A DNA stretch of 63,946 nt, the filler included, from Phoronis australis (Eukaryota > Animalia > Phoronida): NCBI GenBank assembly GCA_002633005.1. It is 12 parts of 12 records of this genome, joined end to end, with 100 filler letters (N's around TTAATTAATTAA, not from the genome) between each part and the next. Parts side by side here need not be neighbours in the genome. Positions count along the whole stretch, not along the records: positions 1 to 3,811 come from NMRA01002828.1; positions 3,912 to 10,445 come from NMRA01000235.1; positions 10,546 to 26,057 come from NMRA01001530.1; 9 more parts are not named here. One strand, given 5' to 3'. Positions 1 to 12,038 of the stretch are shown here, one piece after another. Numbering within the stretch: position 1 is the first letter of the stretch; every line of letters starts with the position of its first letter. A program made the translations under genes and the position numbers. The notes under the pieces are model-generated. The model had not been told where the DNA came from. It saw only the letters and a program-made list of their open reading frames with translations, and did no database searches.

Positions 1-3000
1 CACTGTGCCTAGTGGCAATTTTTATTTTTTTGCCCTTGCCTCTGTGTCTTTGGATGGATTTTTATGAAATTTTGCAAATTGTGTTTTTAAGGGGCCAACT
101 ACACCTTTCCATTTTCGAATGAATGTTCACAATTCTGGGCCACCTAGTTACCATTCTTTAAATTTGCGAGTCCGTTTTTTGGCGTCCGCCTTTCTGAATG
201 CCAAAAGTGTGTTCTCAATGCGGAGACTGCAGATGACGGATGGGTTTGACTATTCCTGGGCCTCCTAATGGGGACTTTGTTTCATTTTTTGTCCACGGCT
301 TTATCTCCCCTTTGCAAGTTCTTTGTGGAATTTGCAGATGTGTTTCTATGGAGCTGACAACAGGTTATGACCAGTTTCAGACCAATCCAATGTTTCATGC
401 ACGCCTTAGTGACATTTTTTTTTTTACATTTTCATGTGTCTGGAGTTCATTGATGGATTTTCAGGAAATTTGGTAGTGAGGTTTCTAGGAGACAACAGTG
501 CCTTCCCATTTTCGGACAAATTTGATGTATTCTGCATCACCTATTGGGGATTTTCAAAAGTTTAAGAGTCCGTTTTTGACAATCTCTTTCTGCTAAACCG
601 CCTCAAGGATCATTGTAAAAATTGTCAAGTTTGTTTCTGATGGGAAGACCAAAACTTTCATAATCGGTTAGGCTTGATTAGTGGCAGTTTTTTGCTTCTA
701 CGGCTGAGTCGCTTTAAGCCTTTGCAGGATCTTTGTGGAATGTGTGTATTGGGAAAGCTTTAAATAGTCTCATTGATACCCCACAGATCATTCTGCGCCA
801 AGTTGAACTTCAGTGGTCTTACTTTCAGGTCTTATACAAATTTCACCTGATTTGTGACTAATTTGGTTAGTCCACTCTTCTCAAAAATTCAGTTTTTTCA
901 CTTTCAATCCCCAACTGTCTAACTCATTTTTTACTGGCTCATATTGTTTATCATACACTCTCATTATATACGTATTTGGATCAGCATTAGTTTGAGCCAG
1001 TGTTTCACAATTCTTTCATATCTTACAAATCTTAACTAAAAGTCGTTATGCCAAACTCTGCTTGTACTGCTGTGGCCAGTGTATCCTGGTTGACTAACAG
1101 AACCTATCTAAAGAATTTATTTTGCACCGTTTCAATGTCTTTGGCTTCACGGAATCCCCAATGACACAAGTTAAGCCTTTCGACACTGATTTATGTTCAT
1201 AAAAGGTTTAACCAAGGTGTTTCCTCGGGTGCCATCATGACACTGGAGTGTGTAAACAGTGGTTTATAAGTTGATGCGAAGTGACAGTCATGTACTCGAG
1301 TCTTAAGAATACTGCTGACAAAATACTTCCAATACAAGGAAGTTCATTATCATCTAAAAACAGTCGCTATTTTATTTTTATGCATCATATGCTAAGACTA
1401 GAAGAACTGCTTTTCCTGTGTAGAACTTGTTATATCCTGAATCTAGCACTGCATGTGTAATGTCTATCATTTTTAATACCAGAAGTAAGGTTTACCGAAG
1501 TGTAATAAGCCTCATTGTATGTCAACAGGAGTTTGTTGTTACCTTTTGCAGGGCGTAAAGTTTCCTATTGCTATTTTTGAGACTTTCATTCTTATACTTT
1601 TCTGTGAAATTTCTATTTTTTCCTAATTTTCACTCATGGTGAGTCCAAATAAAAGGCCAGCAATAAATCGTTGTTTTTCATAGCTGACATTTAACTCCAT
1701 TGTGCTTAAAATAAATATGCTGCTGGGTTAGTTGTTTCATTGAGCTTCAAACACATTACAGCTGGGGGATCTAATTGTGTTTGTGCACTTTTAAATATTA
1801 GAGGTACTAGAGCAATGTTATCCCCTCTCATGCAAATATGGCCGCCCTGGATTACACAGGGACAAATAGCCTCTAGCTGTATTTACCCACAATGCCGTAA
1901 ACATCCGTAAGGCACATTTGCTGCCTTGTTTTCATGCCACCGGAGTTTCACATGTTAGTTGTTATCTGATTCTTTACAAGTTCTTTCTCGGTTGCATTTC
2001 TCTATTTGTTCTTCCAATGCCAACGAAGTATTATTACTGTGGTATGGGTTGCAACTCTGAAGTGAAAATTTTGATAAACGGGACAAATGCCCGTGGATGT
2101 CTGATGTGAAACTCTTCGCCTCCCACATCAACGAGACATGAAAATGTGACTCATTTCAAAAAGTAGCTCCCCGCACTTTCTTATCTCCGTGTAATTCGGG
2201 ATGGTCCTATTACATGCGCAGACAACACTTCATGGTGGTGAAACTACTTGGAATTATTGTATTTTAATAACAACGAGACTCAAGTTAATTAAAGTGATAA
2301 ACGGATGAGGAATTGGTCAGAATACGTGAAGGGAGCTTGAGAAATTACTGAAACGTAAGCCTATATGCCAGTGTTCTCCACAATACCAATTCCAAACTAG
2401 ACGCAAATTTCTGAAGTTCAGTATCAGTAGTCAACACTATAGGTGGAGGTATTTATGTGTTTCAAAAATGTACATTGAACTGGTCAGGTGTGACCTACTT
2501 TTCAACACTTTGTAGGGCCTACACGTGAAAACCGCTTCCGTATGACTGTCTCACGAATGAAAAAATTGTTGTTAAAAGCACGTGGCCAGGAAGCGTGCGT
2601 TACATACCTGTCACTTGACATCGCAGACATTAGTCTCGGGAACTATCAATGAAGCTACACCGGGTAGCTATATCGGCAAGAAATAAATATCGGGCACTAA
2701 TTTCAGAAAGTTTCTAATGCCATACAAACTGTTGCGTTGTTTTTAAGAGAGATTGCCTTATTAATCACTTTATCAATGTATTCATAATTGATGTTTTTAA
2801 AGTATAGTACCTGATGAAATGCCCCACTAATAGTGGACACCTTCGCCCCCGAATCTCCCGGAAAATAACTCAATGTCTCACACATCCAGTCACCCGGCGA
2901 CTCAGCACAATTTGGCCTTAGGCCCTACTGAGACAATTCTCGTACGTTTTAATAGTAGATGTGCAGGGTCAACAACGTAATGATACTCCCTGTTTTGTCA

Positions 3001-3128
3001 TAATTGTTTTCCTCATTTTTACTGAAAATGTCATATTTTTCTATTTTTTCAATGCCTTGTGTTATTTGAAACCCTGCTTTTGTGTCGTTTGGCAGATACA
3101 TAAATTTCTCTTGCATTTGTGTTTTTAG

Positions 3129-3235
3129 GCAAATGGTTGCCAGGGGTATCCTGGATACGCTCCGAGCTGTTGGTGGCATGGAGGAAGAGTGTGAGGGGGT
3201 GTTGGTGGCCATGTCACGCCTGTCTGACGACTACG
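3129..3235 (+). CDS. Candidate internal coding exon of an unidentified gene (QMVARGILDTLRAVGGMEEECEGVLVAMSRLSDDY)
   Basis: Acceptor tttgtgtttttag, donor gtgagt, GC-richer than flanks, open frame (phase 2 to 1); family not recognised. Confidence 0.5.
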
Positions 3236-3433
3236 GTGAGTGAAGAGGCTATCTAGCTTGGGCACACTACTGTACTGGGTTCGTTTGAGAAGAACGCAGG
3301 CCGTGTTAGTTTGAAGTAGGGGACATACTATTCACGACCGTACATCACAAAATGATGTGGATGCAACGTCTTGAGAGGGATGCTGTTGTACCAAGTTGTT
3401 ATTGATTCTGATGACCTTGGTGTATTTTTCAAG

Positions 3434-3482
3434 GTCACACCAAAGAAAACTGCATGAAGATGATATACACTCCAAGGAATAC
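3434..3482 (+). CDS. Candidate next exon (G)HTKENCMKMIYTPRN
   Basis: Acceptor gtatttttcaag, donor gtgagt; phase-1 start is compatible with exon 3129-3235. Confidence 0.35.
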
Positions 3483-3811
3483 GTGAGTGTCGATCGAAGT
3501 TTTATGTCGCTCTTGAAACATTGTTCCATGGGGCTGGGGGTCATGATTCCCTAATACTTTTGGTGCTTGGTGGCAAGGTTTGGAGGGCAGTATTGGTGAA
3601 AGCGATTGTAAACGGACTTAATGGCCTTATGTGCGTGTGCTGAACTTCCTGTTTGCTTACATTTAATTAGTTATTTGTCAAGACATTGTTAAGGGCTGTT
3701 CCAGTAAAATCTGTATGGGAGGGGGGGAAGGCACCTTTTTTTCGCACCCACCACCCATATTTTTCATTCATTTCTTCAGCCTACCACCCGTAATTTTTTA
3801 TAAGTTTGAAA

Positions 3812-3911
3812 NNNNNNNNNNNNNNNNNNNNNNNNNNNNNNNNNNNNNNNNNNNNTTAATTAATTAANNNNNNNNNNNNNNNNNNNNNNNNNNNNNNNNN
3901 NNNNNNNNNNN
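3812..3911. other. Artificial assembly spacer (N44-TTAATTAATTAA-N44); identical spacers at 10446-10545, 26058-26157, 30262-30361, 38848-38947, 42937-43036, 47733-47832, 53046-53145, 56738-56837, 59870-59969, 62711-62810
   Basis: Eleven 100-bp N blocks, each with a central palindromic TTAATTAATTAA that puts stop codons in all six frames. Confidence 0.98.
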
Positions 3912-4018
3912 TCCCTTTCTCCCTCTCTCCCTCTTCCCCTCTCTCCCTCTCTCCCACTCTCCCTCTCCCCCTCTCTCCTTCCACCTCTCCGTGCCCCCTT
4001 CCATCTCTCCGTCTCTCA
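3912..4018. repeat. CT-rich low-complexity tract
   Basis: Nearly pure C/T run next to the spacer. Confidence 0.85.
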
Positions 4019-4209
4019 TAAGCATTCCACAATTTAACAAAAAACAAATGTATCACTCCACTTGTACACTCCCAACTAATCAACTAACCAAATAAAAGAT
4101 TTCTTTTAACGGTAATCCTAACAAAAATGCAAATTTGGGTTGAAGCGTCTTACTAAGGAATCACAGTTCGGATCAATGCTATTCTTACACATGTACAGCT
4201 TTGTGCAGT

Positions 4210-4352
4210 CATACACTATAGTGCACACACTATAGTACATACACTATAGTACATACACTATAATGCATACACTATAGTACATACATTGTAGCACATACAC
4301 TATAGTACATATACTATAGTACACACACTATAGTACATACACTATAGTACAT
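4210..4352. repeat. 14-bp minisatellite (CATACACTATAGTA)n, about 10 copies
   Basis: Direct reading of tandem units with scattered substitutions. Confidence 0.92.
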
Positions 4353-7300
4353 GGACCACCAATTCCGTATACTTTCGATAGACGAAATCTGTGATCTTAC
4401 GCATAAGCCGTGACGTCACTATTCAATAGCAACACCTGGCAAAATTAGCAAGTTTTACTTCCGGCAAGTAAGTCGTGTGCTAGTCAAGGTCGGGTGCCAA
4501 AAGTACTCACGATACCAACCGTTTTATTATTGGAACACTTTAAACAGCGTTTTAATGCCGATTTTTGTTGTACTGTACAGTGGAATAAATCCAAAAATTT
4601 CAAGTCACAATACACTGACCGGAATATGACATTGGTCATTTAGGACAGCCATGCCTCCTCTAAAATACTACGTAGGAAAATGTCGGAGTGGCGGATCTGT
4701 TGTCTATGGTGCAATTTTCTCTAAATCATGCATAGTAACTGTTTTAAATACGGTCAAGTTTTGCATGGAAAGCTAGGGTTTTATCGAGAAAACAATCAAA
4801 ACTTTACAGCGACAGATTCTTATGAAGTTATCAATGTTTACAAGCTATTCTCTTTCAAAAATAGATACTTTTCATGAGTTAATTTGTAATTTTGTAAATA
4901 TCCGTTCAGGTTATCCCAAGAACTACCGCCACATCCTATCGAGAATTCTTCTCATCTATGAATATCCGGACAGGAACTCAGAACATTCCCAGATGAAAAG
5001 AATTTCCATATATTTACGCACTTAATAACATCGCGGCGAGATATCCAACGGTAACACCTGTAATTTTGGTTGCTAAAGTATGTTAATAGCATCACTAGCC
5101 AACTAATACCATAAATTGCCAAATGCAACGATAATGTATCACCGCGGGAACCATATTTTATTCGAACTGTTGAGAATAGCAGCTGCACGCAATTCAGACC
5201 ACTACTCAACACAAATGTTATCAGCCTCATGTTGCTTGTGCAGGAAACTCGCGATAACGCATGATGGCACGAAATTGAAGCTTCACCAATCATTAGACGG
5301 GCGTCCATTTGCGTGATTGAACTCCCATTTTCTTATTTTACTAAGGATTTGCAAGGACTATCTGGTTAGCCCAATACATCTAAAATAAGCGACAAGTTGA
5401 CTGTGATGTAGACAATCTAGTTAGATTGGATTTCATAGTACATGTAAATTGATAAAAGTCATTATGTGAATTATACAATTTGAATTCAATAACATTTTAA
5501 AGTTACCCCGAAACAATAACTAGGATTTGCAACATTTGGTGACTATGGAATGCCCTCGATCCAGTTGTGAGTCATCAATCCATTTCTTAGTCCTCTGTGT
5601 CTGGAAAGGAAACTGTGATGGTACGTAATACAATGGTATATATTGAGTTTGGTTGGGTGATTGCTTGGACGACCTTAAAGCAGGTACTGCATGGTGAGTT
5701 GTTATTTCACATGGCCAATCTGTCATTGTGGCTCAAGTTGAGGGTACACTGTCAGTTGATTTGCTGCGAGCTAATCCTATACGCAATTTCGTTTATTCTC
5801 TGCTAACTGCGATGGAATAGTTATTTGATGAGGCGTTGACATTCGGTTTTAGAATGTGATTCGTTTTTCTTGTCTTGCTGAGCACTAATGGTGCGATGTT
5901 GTGTGGTACTCACAAGTTCAGACCAAGACGCATTCCAGTTGGAACCAATATCAAGGGTGCGTATTCTGCCTTCATTTTCTCAGGTTTCGTGTGTTTTGTC
6001 TTCACATTTGTTCCCCTCAGTGGGTCAGTCTTGCGCATCCTCTGGAATACCGAGTCTTGGTATTTAACGGTCTGACTTGACTTCTGTTCCATCTTTTCGT
6101 CTTTTTACTGTTCTCCGTTGAATTCAAGGGATTCAATTTTGATGTCACCCAACCTCAGGTTTCATTTTTGCCGCAACCCCAATATCCGAAAATCTTAGTT
6201 TTGATGAGCCAGATTAATTTGATCAGGCCAAAGGGTGATCAGTTCCTATAACCCTTATATCCTTTAGGGTATTTTCCTCCGCGTGGGTTATCATTTCTGT
6301 CTTTCTCGGTGGGTTTGTTTTATTAAGGTGTTTACGTTGCTTTCATATGGGTTTAAGGGGCATCGTGGGTCTAGGCAAAATGTCTGTCGATAGTTCAGGA
6401 GTACAATTTCCTTTTACTTTTTTCTTAGATGTCGTTCGAGTGATCTCTGTTTCCAGCACGTCATGGCGTGCGGCTCGTATTCGGTGCTATGCAATTTGCG
6501 CTGTTCCAAGAAGTAACTTGACGTTGTGAACGAGAATTTATTCCAGCAGACTGCACGCTAACCGTGAAATACGTTCTTTGCCGTTGTATACGGAGTGGCT
6601 CTACTTTCCCGAATTTCAAGGCATATTTCACAGGATATTGGATTGCCGTATTCACACATACTATGTATGCGAGATGTAAACACATTTACTTGCGTGCAGG
6701 TACGTATAACATTTATGATACTATAAAAATAAGAAGTGTTTCGTTTCTAAATGCTCATTATTGCTGACAATACCCCCAAATTCCGTATACATGTACTATA
6801 AAAATCGGAAATTGGAAGGACATACTCTAGTACACTTTTTGCACAATGGCGGTGGTGTAAAGGAAGATGTCGTATATAAATACATGTACAGCGCTACTAT
6901 GTTGATGGGTGGGTGCGCTCCAACGTAGCGTGGCAAAGACGGGGACGCGGAATGGTGACAATTAGATATTAATAAAAAAGTTCACGGAATATTGGTTGCA
7001 AGAAACTTTTATGCGAGAAAATGCAGTGAAGTAACCGAAGAGGTATAGATTACTCAAATATTTGCACTATGCGTATTAAAATATCCAAGTTATTGGAAAT
7101 AAATCGAAAATTGACGATATAATACACGAAGTATTTATAGGTAGAAGGGGTTGGTTTTGGAGAAAAACGTAAACAAAAATCAAGTTTGCAATTCGAACTC
7201 GCGCAACTCGACCGTAAAATAAGCGCGAGATTCGAGAAATATTCTTTCTACTGTAATTTGACATTTAAACTTTCGGTGACAAAATGAAAATGATCTTACA

Positions 7301-7719
7301 AAAATTAATGCATCCCTGCAATTAATTTTTAAGTATGTTACTTGTGTACCTTCACATTTCAAAACGAGGGAAACATATTTTAGGGACCATAATGTTTCAG
7401 CATGGTAAACAAATGGGACAGTAACAGTTGCGGCAGTGCGCACTGCGGTGATTGACAATGTCATCAAATCGGTCACTGTTGTCAGGAAATGGGAAATCGT
7501 TTGGCATGTACAAATTACTAAAAATATGATAGTTTGCCAGTGGCGCATCTTGTTAACATTCACGGAAACAAGTGTAGTCCCAGTGTGCGGTGGTCATTTG
7601 TTACCACCATTTATGTCCCTTCTGATACATATTTGTGACGCTCTGTGTGCCCGGCTACCTCTAATGTTGCGCCCATCCTTTTTTTCAGCTGAGGAAAGCC
7701 CCACGCGATGTCATTCCGA

Positions 7720-8970
7720 TGAGTCCCGGACTGTACATGTATGTCCCGGGGTCTACCTGTCCCGTTTTTTATATTAAGGTTCTATGTGTCCCGGGTTCTA
7801 TGCCCAGACTTCTGTTCATCTGACAAGGATCTATGTATCCCGGGCTGGGTGTGTCCCAATGTGAATGTATGTATAGAATGTCTTAGATGCGTGTATTTGA
7901 ATGCTAGCATACGGGTGCGTTATACAGTGGAATACCTGCAAGCTTAATACGTGTACATGCAAACCGGACAATTTCTTCAGTGGGGCAAGGGTTGCTTTCA
8001 CTCCGGGTTCCATGCGTACCTGGTCAGCGCTCGTCCAGCCAAGTATATCAACACAAGATCGCCGTTTGTGATGTAGTCAAAATCTCGCAAATAAAAGATA
8101 CATTTTCAAGATACAGCTCGCATGAGGCATTGCTTGATCTACAATGGAGGATACTATGAGGATGCGTACAAACAACACGTTACTTTAGTACTTGACGATG
8201 TTTTTGCCAATCTAAAGTAGGCATGTGTTACTCTGTCATTACTTTTTGCCCCGTATGTTGCACTCTACAGGACACACATCGTAGTCGGAAAATTAATTTA
8301 TTGCAAACATCAAACATCTTACTTATTGTGTACTGTTTTTCTTCGTCGAGATCTGATACAAGAGTGCACAGAAACAATTTTATCATTCCATTATTTTCCT
8401 TTGACCACGTGATATTATCTGGATCACAGTAGTGGTAAATTACTGTTTTACTTGAAAAAAAAATTAAATATTTTGCTCTGTATCAGGATTGAAAAGGCAA
8501 CCCCAAAGTATTCTTTGGAAACAATTATGGCAATTTCTTATGAAACGTGCCCTTAAGCCAGTAGTTATGTACATTTTTGAGTTAACATAGGATAGCGTTT
8601 CTGGAGAACCTGTCACGTATCCTAACAGTGAATAACCTCGTGAGTGTCAAAAGAGATTTCGTCAAGTGGTTCCAAAGATATGCCTCTATGTGATTGATGC
8701 CATAAGCCTAACTTTTGACCTGTATATGCTTGTACATGGGGGTCAGTGGGGTCAAATTTTTGCCCTATGTCAGGATCGAAAAGCACCTTAAAACTGTCGT
8801 GTGGACCTAAAATAGCGTTTGTAGCTAAAACTCGTTTGCTTAGGGACTGAACCGGAACACATAGAACTAGAGATACATACAACCCTGGTGACACAGAACC
8901 CGAATTCCATAAAAAGGGACACACAAAACCCGGGACACACATCACCCTGATACATTGCTACGATCCCTCC
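7720..8970. mobile_element. Degenerate element with facing arrays of a ~16-bp unit (GGGTTCTATGTGTCCC-like)
   Basis: 7740-7860 carries ggttctatgtgtcccgggttcta-type units; 8850-8940 carries their reverse complements (gggacacacaaaacccgggacacac); ends uncertain. Confidence 0.45.
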
Positions 8971-9363
8971 AAAAGATATACGCCATTATAACTTGTTAAC
9001 TAATTTTTTCCCGGAATTTGAAAAAAAAATATTAATTTCATTTCAGTATCAAGGACCTAAAATAGACCGCCGGTTTCTTCAGACATTCGACTGAGGAGTT
9101 TAAATAAAAGACAGGTTCATTTAGGCGCTATCTGTATAACTGTTTATTCACAACAAAATGTTAAATTAATGCTCTTAAGCAGACCAAAGTTTTGTACGAA
9201 TGACATTTTAGAATTTAAAATGTCCTAAGTCTTTGTAAATTCGAGCACATTTCTTCCTATCCGTGATCTAAAAGGCCAAGCATTTGCTCCAGCGACACAT
9301 GTGCAATTACGCTACCAGACAAATGTGCTCGATAATGGACATTTTCTTCAAATTGTAGCTAAC

Positions 9364-9720
9364 CTGTGTTGCTCTTCGCAGCGGTGTTGTCAGATCCGCA
9401 CTGCTGATGACGTCCCGTCACAAGATTCTGGAGACCTGTGGTGGATCTCTCGCACTTTTTTTGGACTTGGTTCCAGGAGCAGTAGACGTCCTTGGAGCCC
9501 ACACACGCATTGCACGATGAGTGCGCGCTGCAATCATAGGCAGAGAACTTCTTGATTTGATTCTCCGACACGACAATGATACTCACGTGGCCGTTCTTTT
9601 TGTAGATCTTCATGTTCTGTACCGGAAGTCCGTCAGAGAATACTGGGATATCCTCCACGATGACAGTGTCAATCCGATTTCCTCGGCCTCTATTGTATGC
9701 CTTGCGAACTGCACCGTCAC
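9364..9720 (-). CDS. Semaphorin exon: end of Sema domain plus PSI domain
   Basis: Acceptor ttattttttag at 9721-9722; translation xDGAVRKAY...VIVEDIPVF...CSAHSSCNACVGSKDVYCSWNQVQKKC matches the PSI consensus C-x4-C-x2-C-x4-D-x-YC-x-W-x6-C; donor CAG|gttagc after 9364; 357 nt, phase 1 to 1. Confidence 0.9.
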
Positions 9721-10058
9721 CTAAAAAATAACGAAAGCAAAACTGGCCATACATGTTAATGATGGAATTCAAAGGTTTAGTCTACGACTCTGCTGTTTTT
9801 TTCTAGTAGTAATAAGGACCGTTTCCGTTCGAGTATACATTCGGTGATATCAGAGCCGGTAAGACAGCGAATGTTGTCGAAATCACTATCTTGTTAAAAA
9901 AATCGTTTGCAACTGCTTTGTTTCGTCACACTTGACAACAGCTCGTAAACTGTAGACAGCACTCTCTATGCCCTTTCTCAGGAATGAATTAATACAATAA
10001 CGCCATGGGTGTTTGTCTTGGTAATTTGACCGGAAAAATTGAACTGCCAAGAATTGGT

Positions 10059-10266
10059 ACAGCACACATCACGAATTTTTGGCCGACCGGTCGGAAATTG
10101 GTCGACGACCGGCCGTCGACCGGTCGTCTAGCCGACCACCAGCCGACCAACAAAGGTCGGCTAGGAGCCGTCTGCTTAGTCGCCTCTGAGGTCGGCACTT
10201 GGGTCGGCTAATTGGTCGCCTAGCGTAGACGACCAATTCGGATTAAGCGTGTCCTTGGTCGGCAAT
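10059..10266. mobile_element. Probable DNA-transposon end rich in GCCGAC/GTCGGC inverted motifs
   Basis: CpG-dense patch in AT-rich DNA with many GGTCG/CGACC motifs in both orientations; no partner end before the spacer. Confidence 0.55.
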
Positions 10267-10848
10267 TAACATTTTATGACTTAGCGGGTGAACTTTGGAC
10301 AAACAAACATTTAACTGTTCGCTGTTTGTTTAGCAGTGGCAACTCCGGTCTTGACATCGGTTTATCAAATTTTGTTCAACTATTAAATGGAGGTAAAATC
10401 GAATCAACCTACAAATACGAAGTGCGTGGCATTACACAAGCCGAANNNNNNNNNNNNNNNNNNNNNNNNNNNNNNNNNNNNNNNNNNNNTTAATTAATTA
10501 ANNNNNNNNNNNNNNNNNNNNNNNNNNNNNNNNNNNNNNNNNNNNCAACTCTGACGCGCCTCGATGACTCGTAACGTGTCTAAAAAGACCCGTCAGAAGG
10601 TGACGCTAGGGGCGTTCCATAGTCGTCAGTGTTTCCGTATAACCTGGAGGTGTGCAAATTTCTTACATTCTAGGTAGTGATCATCGTGTGCGATCAGAAA
10701 CTGTCATGTCGTTGGAGTGTAGGCTTCACACAAAACGAAATGCAACAGATCTGCCGTCTGACTTGTGATCAGAATTCAGACCAATTAACGCATGGCGGTC
10801 TTGGATAACGAACGTTCATGGTGTGAACTTCTTTAAAAGGATAACCCC

Positions 10849-10932
10849 GTTTTGATGATTTCAACCAGTCCTGGTGCTGGCACCTGCTAATGCGTCATTG
10901 GCGTCAATCATAAACGATGGAAGCAGGAATCA
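10849..10932 (+). repeat. Dispersed repeat fragment; second copy at about 59555-59638
   Basis: gatttcaaccagtcctggt...cacctgctaatgc.tcattggcgtca...aagcaggaatca shared between two contigs. Confidence 0.8.
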
Positions 10933-11676
10933 GAATTTAACTCATACCCCCAATGTCACAGAGTGAATCTTATGGTTCTTGGTGGGTGGTTTCCACCACA
11001 TTTGCTGTGTTATTCGCTTGAAGCGTATGTCACGCTTGCCCGTTTATCAGACTTAGAAATGAATTTTCAAAAGTTTCCTCCAAACTTTTGAGGGTTGTAG
11101 GGAATTATAGGACATTATTTTGTATCAGAGATTTGGATGGAAAAGTCGTTTTTAATATCTATTAAAAGGCCAAAACCCGGTTTGATATCCTTTAAAGGCG
11201 GCGAATCAGACATCCGATTTGGCTACATAGTTGACGGCATATGAACGCTGTCTAAAAAATCATGCCGAGTGAGTAGGCCACAGCTTGACTGGCGTACTGA
11301 GGCCTAAATACGTGCATACAGATGTAAAATAGTCACAAAACAATACTAATTGCTTTAGTCAACTTGAACTGATCTTAACTAGGAACTCTTGAATATTTTA
11401 TATTAACATTTCTGCCAACACCGTTACCATCGTCAGACTACGCTGATGGAGATCCACATCATGACAATGAGCGCTCAATGAACTATAGAAATCGCAGTGC
11501 TCGTGTTTTAATATTTGTACGCAAGCCAGTCACTGTGTACTTTATGAGTTCCCATTACCGCATGATTTATTTCCTGTCACGATGCTTTTGTCGATTGAAA
11601 ACTAGCCACTCCGTCGGTCTACAAGTATGAGGCTGTTTTCTACATCATAAAAACATATAAAAATAACAACATATAC

Positions 11677-11787
11677 CTTCGCACTGAATCCCGCGACTTT
11701 TTCGGATCTAGCTATCATTCCAGACACGTCGCTTCCTGGTTGTCTCCAAATAAGCTGCTTCGCTTTTCGATTTGCGCCATCGTCAAT
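11677..11787 (-). CDS. PhyH-family 2OG/Fe(II) dioxygenase (ectoine-/L-proline-hydroxylase-like), coding exon 4: IDDGANRKAKQLIWRQPGSDVSGMIARSEKVAGFSAK
   Basis: Acceptor ctgttttcacccgtctag, donor AAG|gtatat, 111 nt, phase 0 to 0; the DDG...W-x-x-PG-x-D-x-x-GM-x-AR-x-EKVAG motif is typical of this subfamily (recognised from memory, not searched). Confidence 0.85.
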
Positions 11788-11956
11788 CTAGACGGGTGAA
11801 AACAGAGCACGATTTGTATTAATTGCATTAATTACCTCGCATGTCCGTCTATTGGCACCAAAATGTAACGATATTTCGCCAACAAAATGTAAATACCGAA
11901 AATCTTCATTTACTTGACCATCGTTGCTTGCTAAAGAGTGAAACGTTTATGCTTAC

Positions 11957-12038
11957 CTTAAATGTCGTCTTCTGAAAGTCTTTGTTGTCTTCAACATTCT
12001 TCTTCAGTAGACTTAGTTCCTCTGCATCCAACAAGTTC
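11957..12038 (-). CDS. PhyH-family dioxygenase, coding exon 3: (R)NLLDAEELSLLKKNVEDNKDFQKTTFK
   Basis: Acceptor ctctatcttaaag, donor AAG|gtaagc, 82 nt, phase 2 to 0; joins both neighbours in frame. Confidence 0.85.

Noticed and set aside
3856-4083. ORFs running into X runs or ending in LIN at the gaps
   Set aside because: Artefacts of the N/TTAATTAATTAA linker and low-complexity sequence
9241-9332. 12-bp inverted repeat TCGAGCACATTT / AAATGTGCTCGA
   Set aside because: Short, with no TSD or second copy; cannot be distinguished from chance or a decayed MITE
9364-12038. Joining exons 11677-12038 to the semaphorin exon as one gene
   Set aside because: Phases are incompatible (0 versus 1), a linker separates them, and the upstream exons fit a PhyH dioxygenase
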